Below are positions 1 through 12,300 of a DNA stretch of 64,000 nucleotides, in pieces; the stretch's first letter is position 1, and every line of letters begins with the position of its first letter. Made by a program: the position numbers and the translations under genes. Source of the stretch: Haliotis rubra (taxonomy: Eukaryota); assembly GCF_003918875.1 (NCBI RefSeq), contig NW_025767635.1, forward strand, positions 806,001-870,000, given 5' to 3'. A model generated the notes under the pieces. That model had not been told where the DNA came from. It saw only the letters and a list, made by a program, of their open reading frames with translations, and did not search any database.

Positions 1-45
1 TGTACTGAGTGAACAACAGCATTTCTGCTGGAGATTTATACTCAC

Positions 46-3000
46 CTGTGACTTGGTATCAACAGCATTCAGACAGGCCCCAGTGTTGCAGTTCCAGAAG
101 CGAATGTGTCGGTCAGCCGTTCCCCCACCACTTGCCAGCAGGCTGGACTGCCATGGACACCAAGCCACAGCCTGCAACAACAGTATTACAAAACAACATT
201 CATACCTATTTGTAGTGTTGATATTTCACACATTTCTTTATTGTCTTCCTTCAAAACCGAATCAGTATTTGTTGTACACTAATGTAAACTCATAATAGTT
301 TTGTTTGTTTAGTGTTTATTGACGCACTCAGCAATATTCAAGCTACCGATATATGGCGCCAGTCTGTGAATAATCGAGTCTGGACCAGACATTCTAGTGA
401 TTAACAGTATTTATAAGCATTAATATATGCAAATTGGATACAGCATCAGACCTGCTACTTGTTGCTAGATTGTCCTGTGAATAAAGGCAACAGTTGTTGA
501 CAGACCTACACTGCTGCTGGTAGCTAGATAGTCCCGTGAATAAAGGCAACAGTTGTGGACAGACCTACACTGCTGCTGCTGGTAGCTAGATAGTCCCGTG
601 AATAAAGGCAACAGTTGTGGACAGAACTACACTGCTGCTGGTAGCTAGATAGTCCCATGAATATAGGCAACAGTTGTGGACAGACCTACACTGCTGCTGG
701 TAGCTAGATAGTCCCATGAATAAAGGCAACAGTTGTGGACAGAACTACACTGATGCTGGTAGCTAGATAGTCCCTTGAATAAAGGCAACAGTTGTGGACA
801 GAACTACACTGCTGCTGGTAGCTAGATAGTCCCATGAAATCCCATGAATATAGGGCAACAAAGGCAACAGTTGTGGACAGACCTACACTGCTGCTGGTAG
901 CTAGATAGTCCCGTCCCATGAATATAGGCAACAGTTGTGACAGACCTACACTGCTGCTGGTAGCTAGATAGTCCCATGAATAAAGGCAACAGTTGTGGAC
1001 AGACCTACACTGCTGCTGGTAGCTAGATAGTCCCGTGAATAAAGGCAACAGTTGTGGACAGAACTACACTGCTGCTGGTAGCTAGATAGTCCCGTGAATA
1101 TAGGCAACAGTTGTGGACAGACCTACACTGCTGCTGGTAGCTAGATAGTCCCGTGAATATAGTCAACAGTTGTTGACAGACCTACACTGCTGCTGGTAGC
1201 TAGATAGTCCCGTGATAGTGACAGACCCACTGCTGCTGGTAGAATATAGTCAACAGTTGTTGACAGACCTACACTGCTGCTGGTAGCTAGATAGTCCCGT
1301 GAATATAGGCAACAGTTGTGGACAGACCTACACTGCTGCTGGTAGCTAGATAGTCCCTTGAATAAAGGCAACAGTTGTGGACAGACCTACACTGCTGCTG
1401 GTAGCTAGATAGTCCCAGTGAATAAAGGCAACAGTTGTGGACAGTTGTGGACAGACCTACACTGCTGCTGGTAGCTAGATAGTCCCGTGAATATAGTCAA
1501 CAGTTGTTGACAGACCTACACTGCTGCTGGTAGCTAGATAGTCCCGTGAATATAGTCAACAGTTGTTGACAGACCTACACTGCTGCTGGTAGCTAGATAG
1601 TCCCGTGAATATACCGTATACCAGGAAATTTTCAAGGTACTAAAATTTCGAGGTTTGAGACCCCCAGAGCTTTCGAGGTGATTTAAATTTCGAGGTTTGG
1701 GGCCTAAAATATATAAATATTTTAGACAATTTTAATTTCGAGGTTAGAAGAAAGTGGCCAGAAACATGACTTACTGGATTAATACTCACTGAGCTATCGG
1801 CAAAACTCCTAGTAGCCAGTGAAAACTGCCGTCTGACTGTTATAACTACCGGTAAACCAGTCCATGGCAGAAATAATAGTAATGAAAACAACCCTTTGAT
1901 CCTTTGTTGTGATAAATGACCCATGAAACACTCTGTCGGCAGTGTTCAAACATGACGCCATTTTTTCTCAGACGATATTGTTTTTTTAACAACTAACTAT
2001 AGGCATGTATGACGGGTCTCTTCTGAAACTATGTTGTTGTTAGAAAGCTGACAAGTTGACCTCTTTAGCGAAACTGACCAACTGCACGGATGCCTTACAG
2101 CCCCAGGATGTTTGTGTAAACAATCCCCTTAAAGACGCGCATTCATCAAACCTGGCATCGCTGATGCAGTCCGTTTGGCCAGAGAGTGACATCAAGTGTA
2201 TTGACAGTTGGTTTGACTTCACATGTAAGACACTTGATTGAATTACCTATTTTTTGTAATGCATGTTATTCTGGACCAACAATTACAACACAATTAAATA
2301 GTCTCGACACCGCATTTCTGTTGTTTGTTTATTCAGGCCGTTCAGGGTCACTGAACGTTAAGATTAGTTGTAGACAGGCATTAAAGAGTTAATGCGCATG
2401 TCAGGAAGTCATTGGTTGCCAGCAGTTGAAATGCTTATCGATAGGAAATCTAACCCAAAGGTTTGAAGTTCGGAAAAATTCATGGATATAATATTTTCGA
2501 GGTTGCGTTTCTAACCTCGAAAACCTCGAAAATTAGATACCTCGAAAATTTCCCTGGAATATGATAGGCAACAGTTGTGGACAGACCTACACTGCTGCTG
2601 GTAGCTAGAGTGTACCGTGAATATATGCAACAGTTGTGGACAGACCTAGACTGCTCCTTGTAGCTAGATTGTACCATGAATATATGCAACAGTTGTGGAC
2701 GTACCTTGACTGCTGCTTGGTGCTGGGAGAAGGAGTATAAGGGCTGAGTGTTTTCTGTGGACTGGCTACCCATAGCTGCTGACCAGATGTTGAGGATGTT
2801 GTCATTGCCACCGCTGGCGAGGTATTTGCCATCTGGAGACCACTTGAGACCACATACTTCCTGTGCATGCCCAGTGAGAGAGCCCACATGATGCTGAGCC
2901 ATTCTCACATCGTGATGGTGGATGCTGCCACTTCTCGAACCACTGAAACAGGGGGAGCATGAGGAGCTGTGTACAAACTGCCAAACAGGAATGTAGGAGT

Positions 3001-6000
3001 TGAAGAGACAGTTAAAGATAAAGTCGAGAAGAAAATGAGTAACAGAACATGCTGAGTGATCAAGCAAGAGAAAGAGAGTAGGTGGATGGATTGAGTGGGT
3101 GGAGTGAGCGAGTGAGTTTAGTTTAACGCCGCCGTTTTACGCTGCACTATATGACGATGGTCTGTAAATAATCAAGTCTGCACCAGACAATCCAGTGATC
3201 AACAGCATGAGCATTGATCTGTACAAGTGGGAACTGATGACAGGTGTCAACCAAGTCAGCAAGCCTGACCACCCCGATCCCGTTAGTCGCCTCTTACGAC
3301 AAGCATGGGTTACTGAAGATCAATATTCTAACCCGGACCTTCAGGATGGAGCGAGAAGGTAGATGGATTGAGTTGGTTGAGTGAGAGGGTGGATGGATTG
3401 AGTGGGTGAGAAGGTGGATGGATTGAGTGGGTGAAGTGAGAAGGTGGATGGGTGGAGTGAGAGGGTGGATGGATTGATGGGTGGAGAGAGGTGGATTGAG
3501 TGAGAAAGTGGATTGATTGAGTGGGTGGAATGAGAAGGTGGATGGATTGAGTGGGTGGAAAACGTGACAGAGCAAAGTGGTGGAGTGAGTGGGTTTATTA
3601 AGTGAGTGGGTGGAAAAAGTGAGTGAGCGAGTGAGATTAGTTTTCCGCCGCTTTTAGCAATATTCCAGCAATATCACGGCGGGGGACACCAGAAAAGGGT
3701 TTCACACATTGAACCCATGGAAAAAGTGAGAGTGGGTGGGTGGAGTGAGTGGATGGATGAATGAAGTGAGTGGGTGGGTGGGGTAGATGAAGTGAGAGAG
3801 TCAGTTGGTGGATGAAGTGAGTGGGTGGGTGGGGTGGATGAAATGAGAGAGTCAGTTGGTGTGTGGTGTGAGTGAGGGGGTGGATAAAGTGAGGGATTCA
3901 GTTGGTGGATGAAGTGAGAATGACTGGGGTGGAAGAAGTGAGAGTGTGAAGGGGGTGAATGAATTGAGAGTGTGAAGGGGGTGGGTGAAGTGAGCGTGTG
4001 GGTGGGGTGGATGAAGTGTGAGAGTGACTGGGGTGGAATAAATGAGAGAGACGAACGGAGTGTGCACCTGCTGAGGATGTAGGAGTTCCAGGAGAGGCTA
4101 CCAACACGTGCAGCATGGCTCCGCATGCTCCGCAGCTTCTTCTGCTGCATCACATCCCACAACTGAAACACGCATTACAACAGGAATAGTTCAGGGAGCA
4201 TAAGTTGTATCAAGAAATCGCTTATCAAAATTGATCCTGGTATTCCTGTTCTAGTGTTGCTGGAAGTGAGTGCCTGCTCCTCACACAGATATGCAGCTGA
4301 TACTACCAGTCGACAGATACAGAACTTTCTTCAGATTCTTCCCAAGAGTATTCCTACATCATACACATAGGGATACTGTTTCTGTTGTGTGTCCTGTTAC
4401 TTGGTGTTTGCCAAAGGCCTTTGTGGGTACTTGTCAACACTTGGCTCTCTGTACCATTTTCAGTGGAACTAGCTGTAATTATGTACCCTCTGACAAATCC
4501 GCAGTGCACGATAGAAGTCTACAACCCACCAGACCCAGTGTCTGACTGTATACACAATGACTTTGACTGAAGTTGATATGTGACATGTAACACTTGTTTG
4601 CTGTTTATTTTATCTCTGGTTAATAATTTCAAAATATAAGAAATGTTAAATCTGAAATGTGTGTTTAATTTTTATTCCATGGGTCCTGGAATTTTCAATG
4701 GGTCAGACAGACATCTTAAACTTACAGGGTGTCCTCTTTGAAACACCATTCGGAACACTGTAATTAGTGATGCTACACAACAGAACACAACTAACTCAGG
4801 CTTGAAAAATTTTAATCCACAAAGTTATGCTACTATTGTTTTAATACAAATATGCTAAGTCTATGCTAAAGTATGAGAGTTGAGTAGCTGGAAGTCTGAT
4901 GTTAGTGGACTGAGTCCTGTACTGCAGATATGCCTGATATGTTGTCTACAAGAGGTTCTACTCCACTCTGGAGTCACAGCTGCAGACTGACCCACCCACC
5001 TGGACCTCGCCACTACTGGTGCCAACAGCTAGGTAGTTTCCCTCCTTGATCCAGGACACAGCACCAATGTACTCGTCCTGCCCATCCATTTGACACAGCT
5101 GGCTGATGTCGCCGCTACTGGCATTCCACAGGTAGACCGAGCTGCCCAGACACACCGCTAGGTAATTGTTCACTGACCAGTCCAGCAGGTTCAGGTCTGC
5201 CAACATCCAAGTCAGTCAGTGATAGAGTAGGGTTTTAGTTAAATATGAGAAAGATCAAATGATAGATCAAATGCGAAAGCTACTCTGCCATCAGGAATGA
5301 CACTCAGCATTAAACACAGACTTTGTCTACATGACAGACAGTTTCATTGTATAAAATTTGAGAATCTGGAGGATTTCTTCATTACTCCCAGCTACGCTGT
5401 TTTACAGTCCCCGACATTCACACCTTCAGAAAGTGGTTATCATAACCATTTGATCATTATTCTTCACGGCTACAAAACACAGACATCTGTCCCTATTATC
5501 TGGTGTAATGTCTTGTAATAAGTTAGACTCTCTGTAGATCATGACTGATATGATAACTGGTTGGGATTACTAGCTAAACATTGTCAGGGGCCAGCTCAAA
5601 ATAACAAAAGGACATGTACATTTTCCACCATGTTATATCCAACAAGGACAGAATGACACTTAGGAATGAAACTGTCACACTTAAAGCAGCTAATCGGACC
5701 TCGAGGCCAACTATATAAAAAAAACACACACCCCACCCCCCCACCGGATAAATCCAACCAAGTTGCAGTACTCACAATAATCATCTAGGATGTCTGGGGC
5801 ATCGAGGATTCTCTCGGGTACTTGTGGAATGTGTCGTATTGTCTTCTTGGCACTTGCGGTGGTCTTGGTTGTACTGTACAACACCCTCAGGTTGTTGTTG
5901 TAGCCTGGGAACAACCACACAATGTCAAACACAGCAATCATTTCCCTTCTCTTCCATGCTCTCATAAAGCAACACACATTCTAAAACAATTCTAGCTGGT

Positions 6001-9000
6001 TAGACAATCTTCATGGCATTTAGGTGCTGGTAGCATCAGTGAAGGCAGGCTTGACATGCGGATTTCAGTCTTGCTATGCTTTACATGAGACGATTTGGTA
6101 CAAATACTAGCATCTGTACTAAAACTTCCCACTGAAAGAATGAAGTGGTAAGACAGCATCAAAGCAAAAGAAAGTATTTCAAATATGCCAGGGATTTTTC
6201 ATTAACTGCTTTCTTAGCATTATCCCATTCAAATAGGAGCAGTCTGTAAATAATTGAGTCTGCCCCAAAGAATCCAATGATGACCGAGTCTGATCTACTC
6301 AGTAGCCTCAGCTGACTGCCTCAGTTGATGAAACCAGCATTCATACCAGGATTCCACACAGGTAAAATTACCTTTGAATCCACTGATGAGATATATATGC
6401 ATGCCTGTAGTGAGTTGGATGTTGCTGGACAACCCAGGAGTTTCCGTAAGGTGCATACAAAACAAATGATAATCAGGGTGTCCTCTGGTAATTAAAACGA
6501 GAGTAGTCTCCCACTCTGCTTAACACTGATACATCCAACAGGACCGATATATAAGAAGATTAATGATTGCATTAGAACATGTTCAGAGACAACCAATCAC
6601 TGTACCTTCAGGTGCTTGAGGAGCTTTGCTCTTGTAGGCGATGATCTTGCTGTTGAGGAGCTCGCCATTGAGGTTGTCACTCATCACACGCTGGTACTCT
6701 TGCTGAGTTGGACTCAGAAGCTCATTGTCCTCTGGCTTCCCCTCGCTGACAATCTTATAGTGGCCCAACTCAAACTGGGTGGTAGCACGGTTGGGGATGA
6801 ACCGGTCCCCTCCTGTAGGGGTCTTGGGGGCTTTACCGCCAGGAGTGCGATGTTTGCCTGTCATGTGTCACAAATAATATATTCATTTTTCTAAAACTAA
6901 GGTCAGAACCATAATGATACACATGATTAGTGTTCAAAACAAAGGTGTGGCCTTGAAGTTTGTTTTTTAACACTCCATTCAACAATACTCAAGCTTACTG
7001 CTAATGGCGGCCGATAAATACCACACAGTACACACGCCATTAGGATACTAAGTCAACACCCTCTGATCCACACACAACATAGTCCCCACAAACAACAGAC
7101 ACAGCCTGCTCAGACCTGGACTGCCCTGGATTCAATGCAGGTTCCGTAGGGCTTACACTATCTGCATCTAGCATGGCATGGTCCTCTGACATCAGGCTTA
7201 CCACAAGGGGCCATGGACATTCTGAGACTGAGTACCCCATGACATATTTCCACATCTCATCAAACTGCTTCCTTACCTGAAGACTTTGGTGTTTTCTTGG
7301 TCTCTGTTGAAGGTGTTTTGGCTCCGGCACCCATGGATTTGTTGGCAGTCTTCATGGGAGTCTTGGCAGATGTGCTGACGTTGAGAGAGTTGTTGACTGA
7401 AATATTGCAGTCAGCATCCGTCTTCTTTGTCCATCGTGATGTGAGTGGCCCTCTTGTCCCACCAGCGATGGGAGCATCCATCCTCACCAAACTGCTCACC
7501 TCATTCTCCAGGTTGAAGTGAGACACTACATACACAACATGACCCTTTGAACATTACACCTAACAGATATTCACTTCTTTAGTGACTTACAATTTTTATT
7601 TTTATTGTCACTCATTTGTATAGGAATTCTATAGGTTTTAACAGTAACATGAGGATAACCTGCCTGTTGCTTAGTCAGATTGATTTACCTCTGTTATTCT
7701 GTCTGCCTGTAATAATGGGATGCAAGCTAAATGGAACCTATGTGATATCCACAGCAAACCAACCTGTGCTTCACTACACTTCATTTAAAAACATCACTGT
7801 TGGGAGCACCTTTAGAATACAGCACCACACCTTCTCGTGCGGACGATGATCACAAGCCTCATGCTAAATATTAATTTGGGTTTTCTTGTTTGAAATAACA
7901 CTATGATAATCAAGAGATGAGATAAGAACAGGATAATATTTCATTGTATAATGTAATCATTCAATTAAACATGCGTTGAGATAGTTTATATATTGTCCCA
8001 CCCATTGTATTGTATCTTGTGACATTTGTGTCCTTGGGCATATTGAAATGTGTAAAACCATGTCATCCTTTTCCACATTATCTGATGCAAATACGTTAAA
8101 CAGGGCCTTGTTCTACAATGTTGTTAGTATTATTCAGGGCTGTTAACAGTGAAGAGAATATATAGGGTTCACCCGGGCAATACAGGCATGGTATCGTAGG
8201 ACTATATACACTTTTGGACGTTTTCAGACACATCTATCTATCGCCCAAAATGCGGCATCATTTGGGAACTTGCGTGTAACCATAGCCTAGTTGGAGGTTT
8301 CGTTGACATTTACAACACCGATCATAATGCGCTGATGTGAATTGATGCTTGTATGGAGAAAAACATGGTTTTTATGTGCTTTGAGTGCTTAATTTTGAGG
8401 GGTGTTATTCCCAAAGCGGAAGCTCAACAATTACCCGTTCGAGGGATGTACCGAACTTGTATAATGTTTTTGGACAATTTTACTGAAAATCAATGACATA
8501 GATATTCAGTTTTTTTAATGAAACATCTTTTCCTGAACATGATATAAATTTGCATTTTGTCCAAAAAGTTATTTTTTCAAGCTGAGGAGGTTCATTAACT
8601 ATTCATCTCTATGATCATATAAAACCATTTCGTGCGGAAATTGATAGTTTGTGAAATAATTAGAAAAATGTTCAAATATAAAATAGGCAGAACAGCCTAT
8701 AATAGGCCGATCGGTAGGTTTTCCCAACCTGACTTCTGTCCGTCACAACACAGCTTGTCCTCTGGGTACTTTCATTATTGTGTCTCACTTTATGCTTGAC
8801 CCCCAGGTCTATAATCATGATAATAGTCTACGTCATAAGGACGGGTTGGGTTGACAAGAAGCGTTTTCACTGAGAATATGACTTTAGTCACAATTTGTGT
8901 CAATACACAATGTGACGTTAATCAAAATATTACTGTTGGTCCACAACAGTTCACAGATCCGATCGCAGGTGAAAAAACTCTGGTTGGATATCAGACTAAT

Positions 9001-9011
9001 AAATACTCACT
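46..9011 (-). CDS. CDC20: Cell division cycle protein 20 (fizzy), spliced; 3' exons lie outside the window
   Basis: Coding exons with GT-AG borders and consistent phase: 9011 (A of ATG), 7525-7277, 6857-6606, 5904-5776, 5196-5000, 4162-4068, 2942-2705, 171-46. Protein starts [19 protein letters not shown]. It contains TP sites, the C-box [34 protein letters not shown], and WD40 repeats ([51 protein letters not shown]). Confidence 0.96.
470..2700. repeat. 59-bp intronic minisatellite (470-1613, resumes 2565-2700)
   Basis: Unit gtggacagacctacactgctgctggtagctagatagtcccgtgaataaaggcaacagtt; split by a MITE; abuts the CDC20 donor at 2704. Confidence 0.95.
1614..2564. mobile_element. Non-autonomous TIR DNA element (MITE) with TA target duplication
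   Basis: Left end ccgtataccaggaaattttcaaggtactaaaatttcgagg is an imperfect inverse of right end cctcgaaaattagatacctcgaaaatttccctggaatatga. TA flanks both sides (1612-13, 2565-66). Removing the element restores the repeat unit gtgaataTAggcaacag. Confidence 0.85.
3103..3345 (-). mobile_element. SINE-like interspersed repeat (family A) with (ACTC)n tail
   Basis: Reverse complement matches the copy at 55494-55679 (gatcactggattgtctggt.cagacttgattattta.agacc...aaactaaactcactc). Partial copies near 300-420 and 6235-6290. Confidence 0.7.
3345..4050. repeat. Purine-rich GAGT/GGAT/GGGT low-complexity tract containing a SINE fragment (3620-3720)
   Basis: Degenerate tetranucleotide repeats. The reverse complement of 3620-3720 matches the body and tail of the tRNA-SINE at 58687-58830. 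Confidence 0.75.
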
Positions 9012-9134
9012 TTTTTAAGCGTTGATAACTAAAACAAATATATTTTCTTTCATTCGATCTTTCCCGTCTCCCGTTCTCCTGCGTGTCTTAACATGAACGT
9101 AGCTTCGTTCTATGTTTAAGTTTACCGCTTTGTT

Positions 9135-9170
9135 ATTGGCCAATCAATCGACAGAGCGAACGCTGATTGG
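9135..9170. promoter_or_regulatory. CCAAT boxes in the putative bidirectional CDC20/GPX promoter
   Basis: ATTGG 9135-39, CCAAT 9140-44 and ATTGG 9166-70 lie between the CDC20 exon-1 donor (9010) and the GPX ATG (9318). Confidence 0.55.
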
Positions 9171-9317
9171 TTGCTGAACAGGGGAGCTCAAAACAATCTG
9201 TATGAGATCTCAACGGTACTTTCCGAGATTTCCGGTTCCACGTTGTTGACATTTTGTAGGGTTACACGTGTGCTATTCAAGAAAGTGGACCCATTTGTTT
9301 CCAGGGTTGTTTGGACA

Positions 9318-12300
9318 ATGAAAGTGTTTAAAAGCAGTCTATTCCATTACGATATGACACTCATAGTATCGTTAGCGATCAGTTTTATAGCAACATTTCC
9401 AGCTGCAACTTTATGCTTCGAAAATGAACAGGGCAGTGTTGCAGACGACACGAAATTTGATCCGTCGAAAAATTTCTACATGTATGACGTGTATGATCTG
9501 AAAGGAAAGCTGGTACCATTGAAAAGGTATATGGGAAAGGTTGGTTACATTTACGGAATAAGCATGTTAGATAGCTGGCTATGCATTTAGACTTCTACAG
9601 TGAGCTTAGGTCTGTGTTTGTGTTACAGATTTGTGGCATGTGTCAAAGATTTCGGAAACAAATGAGTTTCTTGTTTAATAACATCTAACATCATCAGCAT
9701 TCCGCTGTAATGCATTACGACAACAGAAAGCGAAATCTATGAATGAATGATCCATAAATATATTGTCTCCTAGTTCATATGAATAAACTCGTATTCGAGC
9801 CAAGGCCTACATAGATCTCCCAAATAATGACCAAAGGCCTGATTACGCCCCCAACCCCCTCAAGGTGAAAATATATTCATTTGACTCTTAATTCCAAGGA
9901 ATTTATCAAGTAATTTATTATCATGATTAGACATCAGTTTTAGTCAGGCCAGTCTAATTTTCCTTCCATTTGGTCTTTTGTTCGCCTTTCTTAAATTATT
10001 GCCACTCACATTTCTTTGATAATTAATCTCATCTGAAGATGTAAAGCAGACTAGTACTGATATGTAAAGATTTAGTCTCTCCATGTGATGGTCCATATAT
10101 TTACCTAGTGTCTGTATTTCTGATGCATGCAAAAGTTATAACTAAACTGAAGTAAATATTGCATAGAAATTCATCTTTAGCACAAGTTGTACACTGTGTA
10201 TTGCAGGTATCCCTGGTGGTGAATGTTGTACACTGTGTATTGCAGGTATCCCTGGTGGTGAGTGTGGCTAAAACTGAATGTTGTGCACTGTGTATTGCAG
10301 GTATCCCTGGTGGTGAATGTGGCCAGTGAGTGTGGCTAAAACTGAATGTTGTACACTGTGTATTGCAGGTATCTCTGGTGGTGAATGTGGCCAGTGAGTG
10401 TGGCTAAAACTGAATGTTGTGCACTGTGTATTGCAGGTATCCCTGGTGGTGAATGTGGCCAGTGAGTGTGGCTAAAACTGAATGTTGTGCACTGTGTATT
10501 GCAGGTATCCCTGGAGGTGAATGTGGCCAGTGAGTGTGGCTAAAACTGAATATTGTCCACTGTGTATTGCAGGTATCCCTGGAGGTGAATGTGGCCAGTG
10601 AGTGTGGCTAAAACTGATTATTGTCCACTGTGTATTGCAGGTATCTCTGATGGTGAATGTGGCCAGTGAGTGTGGCTAAAACTGAATGTTGTGCACTGTG
10701 TATTGCAGGTATCCCTGGTGGTGAATGTGGCTAGTGAGTGTGGCTAAAACAATGTTGTGCACTGTGTATTGCAGGTATCTCTGATGGTGAATGTGGCCAG
10801 TGAGTGTGGCTAAAACTGAATGTTGTGCACTGTGTATTGCAGGTATCCCTGGTGGTGAATGTGGCCAGTGAGTGTGGCTAAAACTGAATGTTGTGCACTG
10901 TGTATTGCAGGTATCCCTGGTGGTGAATGTGGCCAGTGAGTGTGGCTAAAACTGAATGTTGTGCACTGTGTATTGCAGGTATCCCTGCTGGTGAATGTGG
11001 CCAGTGAGTGTGGCTAAAACTGAATATTGTGCACTGTGTATTGCAGGTATCCCTGGTGGTGAATGTGGCCAGTGAGTGTGGCTAAAACTGAATGTTGTGC
11101 ACTGTGTATTGCAGGTATCCCTGGAGGTGAATGTGGCCAGTGAGTGTGGCTAAAACTGAATGTTGTGCACTGTGTATTGCAGGTATCCCTGGTGGTGAAT
11201 GTGGCCAGTGAGTGTGGCTAAAACTGAATATTGTGCACTGTGTATTGCAGGTATCCCTGGTGGTGAATGTGGCCAGTGAGTGTGGCTAAAACTGAATGTT
11301 GTACACTGTGTATTGCAGGTATCCCTGGTGGTGAATGTGGCCAGTGAGTGTGGCTAAAACTGAATGTTGTGCACTGTGTATTGCAGGTATCCCTGGTGGT
11401 GAATGTGGCCAGTGAGTGTGGCTAAAACTGAATGTTGTGCACTGTGTATTGCAGGTATCCCTGGTGGTGAATGTGGCCAGTGAGTGTGGCTAAAACTGAA
11501 TGTTGTGCACTGTGTATTGCAGGTATCCCTGGTGGTGAATGTGGCCAGTGAGTGTGGCTAAAACTGAATATTGTGCACTGTGTATTGCAGGTATCCCTGG
11601 TGGTGAATGTGGCCAGTGAGTGTGGCTAAAACTGAATATTGTGCACTGTGTATTGCAGGTATCCCTGGTGGTGAATGTGGCCAGTGAGTGTGGCTAAAAC
11701 TGAATATTGTGCACTGTGTATTGCAGGTATCCCTGGTGGTGAATGTGGCCAGTGAGTGTGGCTACACAGATCCAACAGTGTGGCTAAAACTGAAGGGTCT
11801 GTGTATTGCAGGACTCCATAATGAACTGAGTGTTCACTGAACCGACAGGTTCACTGGTGGTGAATGTGGCCTTGTGGCTAAAACTGAATGTTGTTCCCTG
11901 TAACCAGTTTGGTTCTCAAGAGCCTGGGGTTAGTACTGTCATTAGCTTATGATTGCATGTTGACAATAATCTAGAGCACTGATGCAGTAAGGCACTAAGG
12001 ATCTCCTGACTAAGTGATGTGCATCTAATCAGTACTGTGGTGGCTGTTTGGCCAAGCTTGATCAAGTCATATCTGTGTCACCAAAGTTAAAAACTTTCAG
12101 TTTGTAAATACCCCCACTACATCATCAGGATATGGTAAAATTCCTGAAACTAATTTCTGCCCTTACCCATTCACAACCTGAACACACAACTACATCGTCA
12201 AGTATGCTACATAATGATAGTGCTTTGAATGAAGCTCTTGGGTAAAACAATATGTTGAAATATGAATTTAAAAATAATTCAAAGTATTGTTTTGCATATG

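Noticed and set aside
172-9010. miR-34/449 hairpin in CDC20 introns, by analogy with vertebrate CDC20B
   Set aside because: I saw no TGGCAGTGT-type mature sequence by eye. A lone CACTGCCA at 14701-08 could be chance.
10186-11763. CRISPR-like array
   Set aside because: The units are head-to-tail with no unique spacers, the context is eukaryotic, and there are no cas genes. The same applies to all other arrays.
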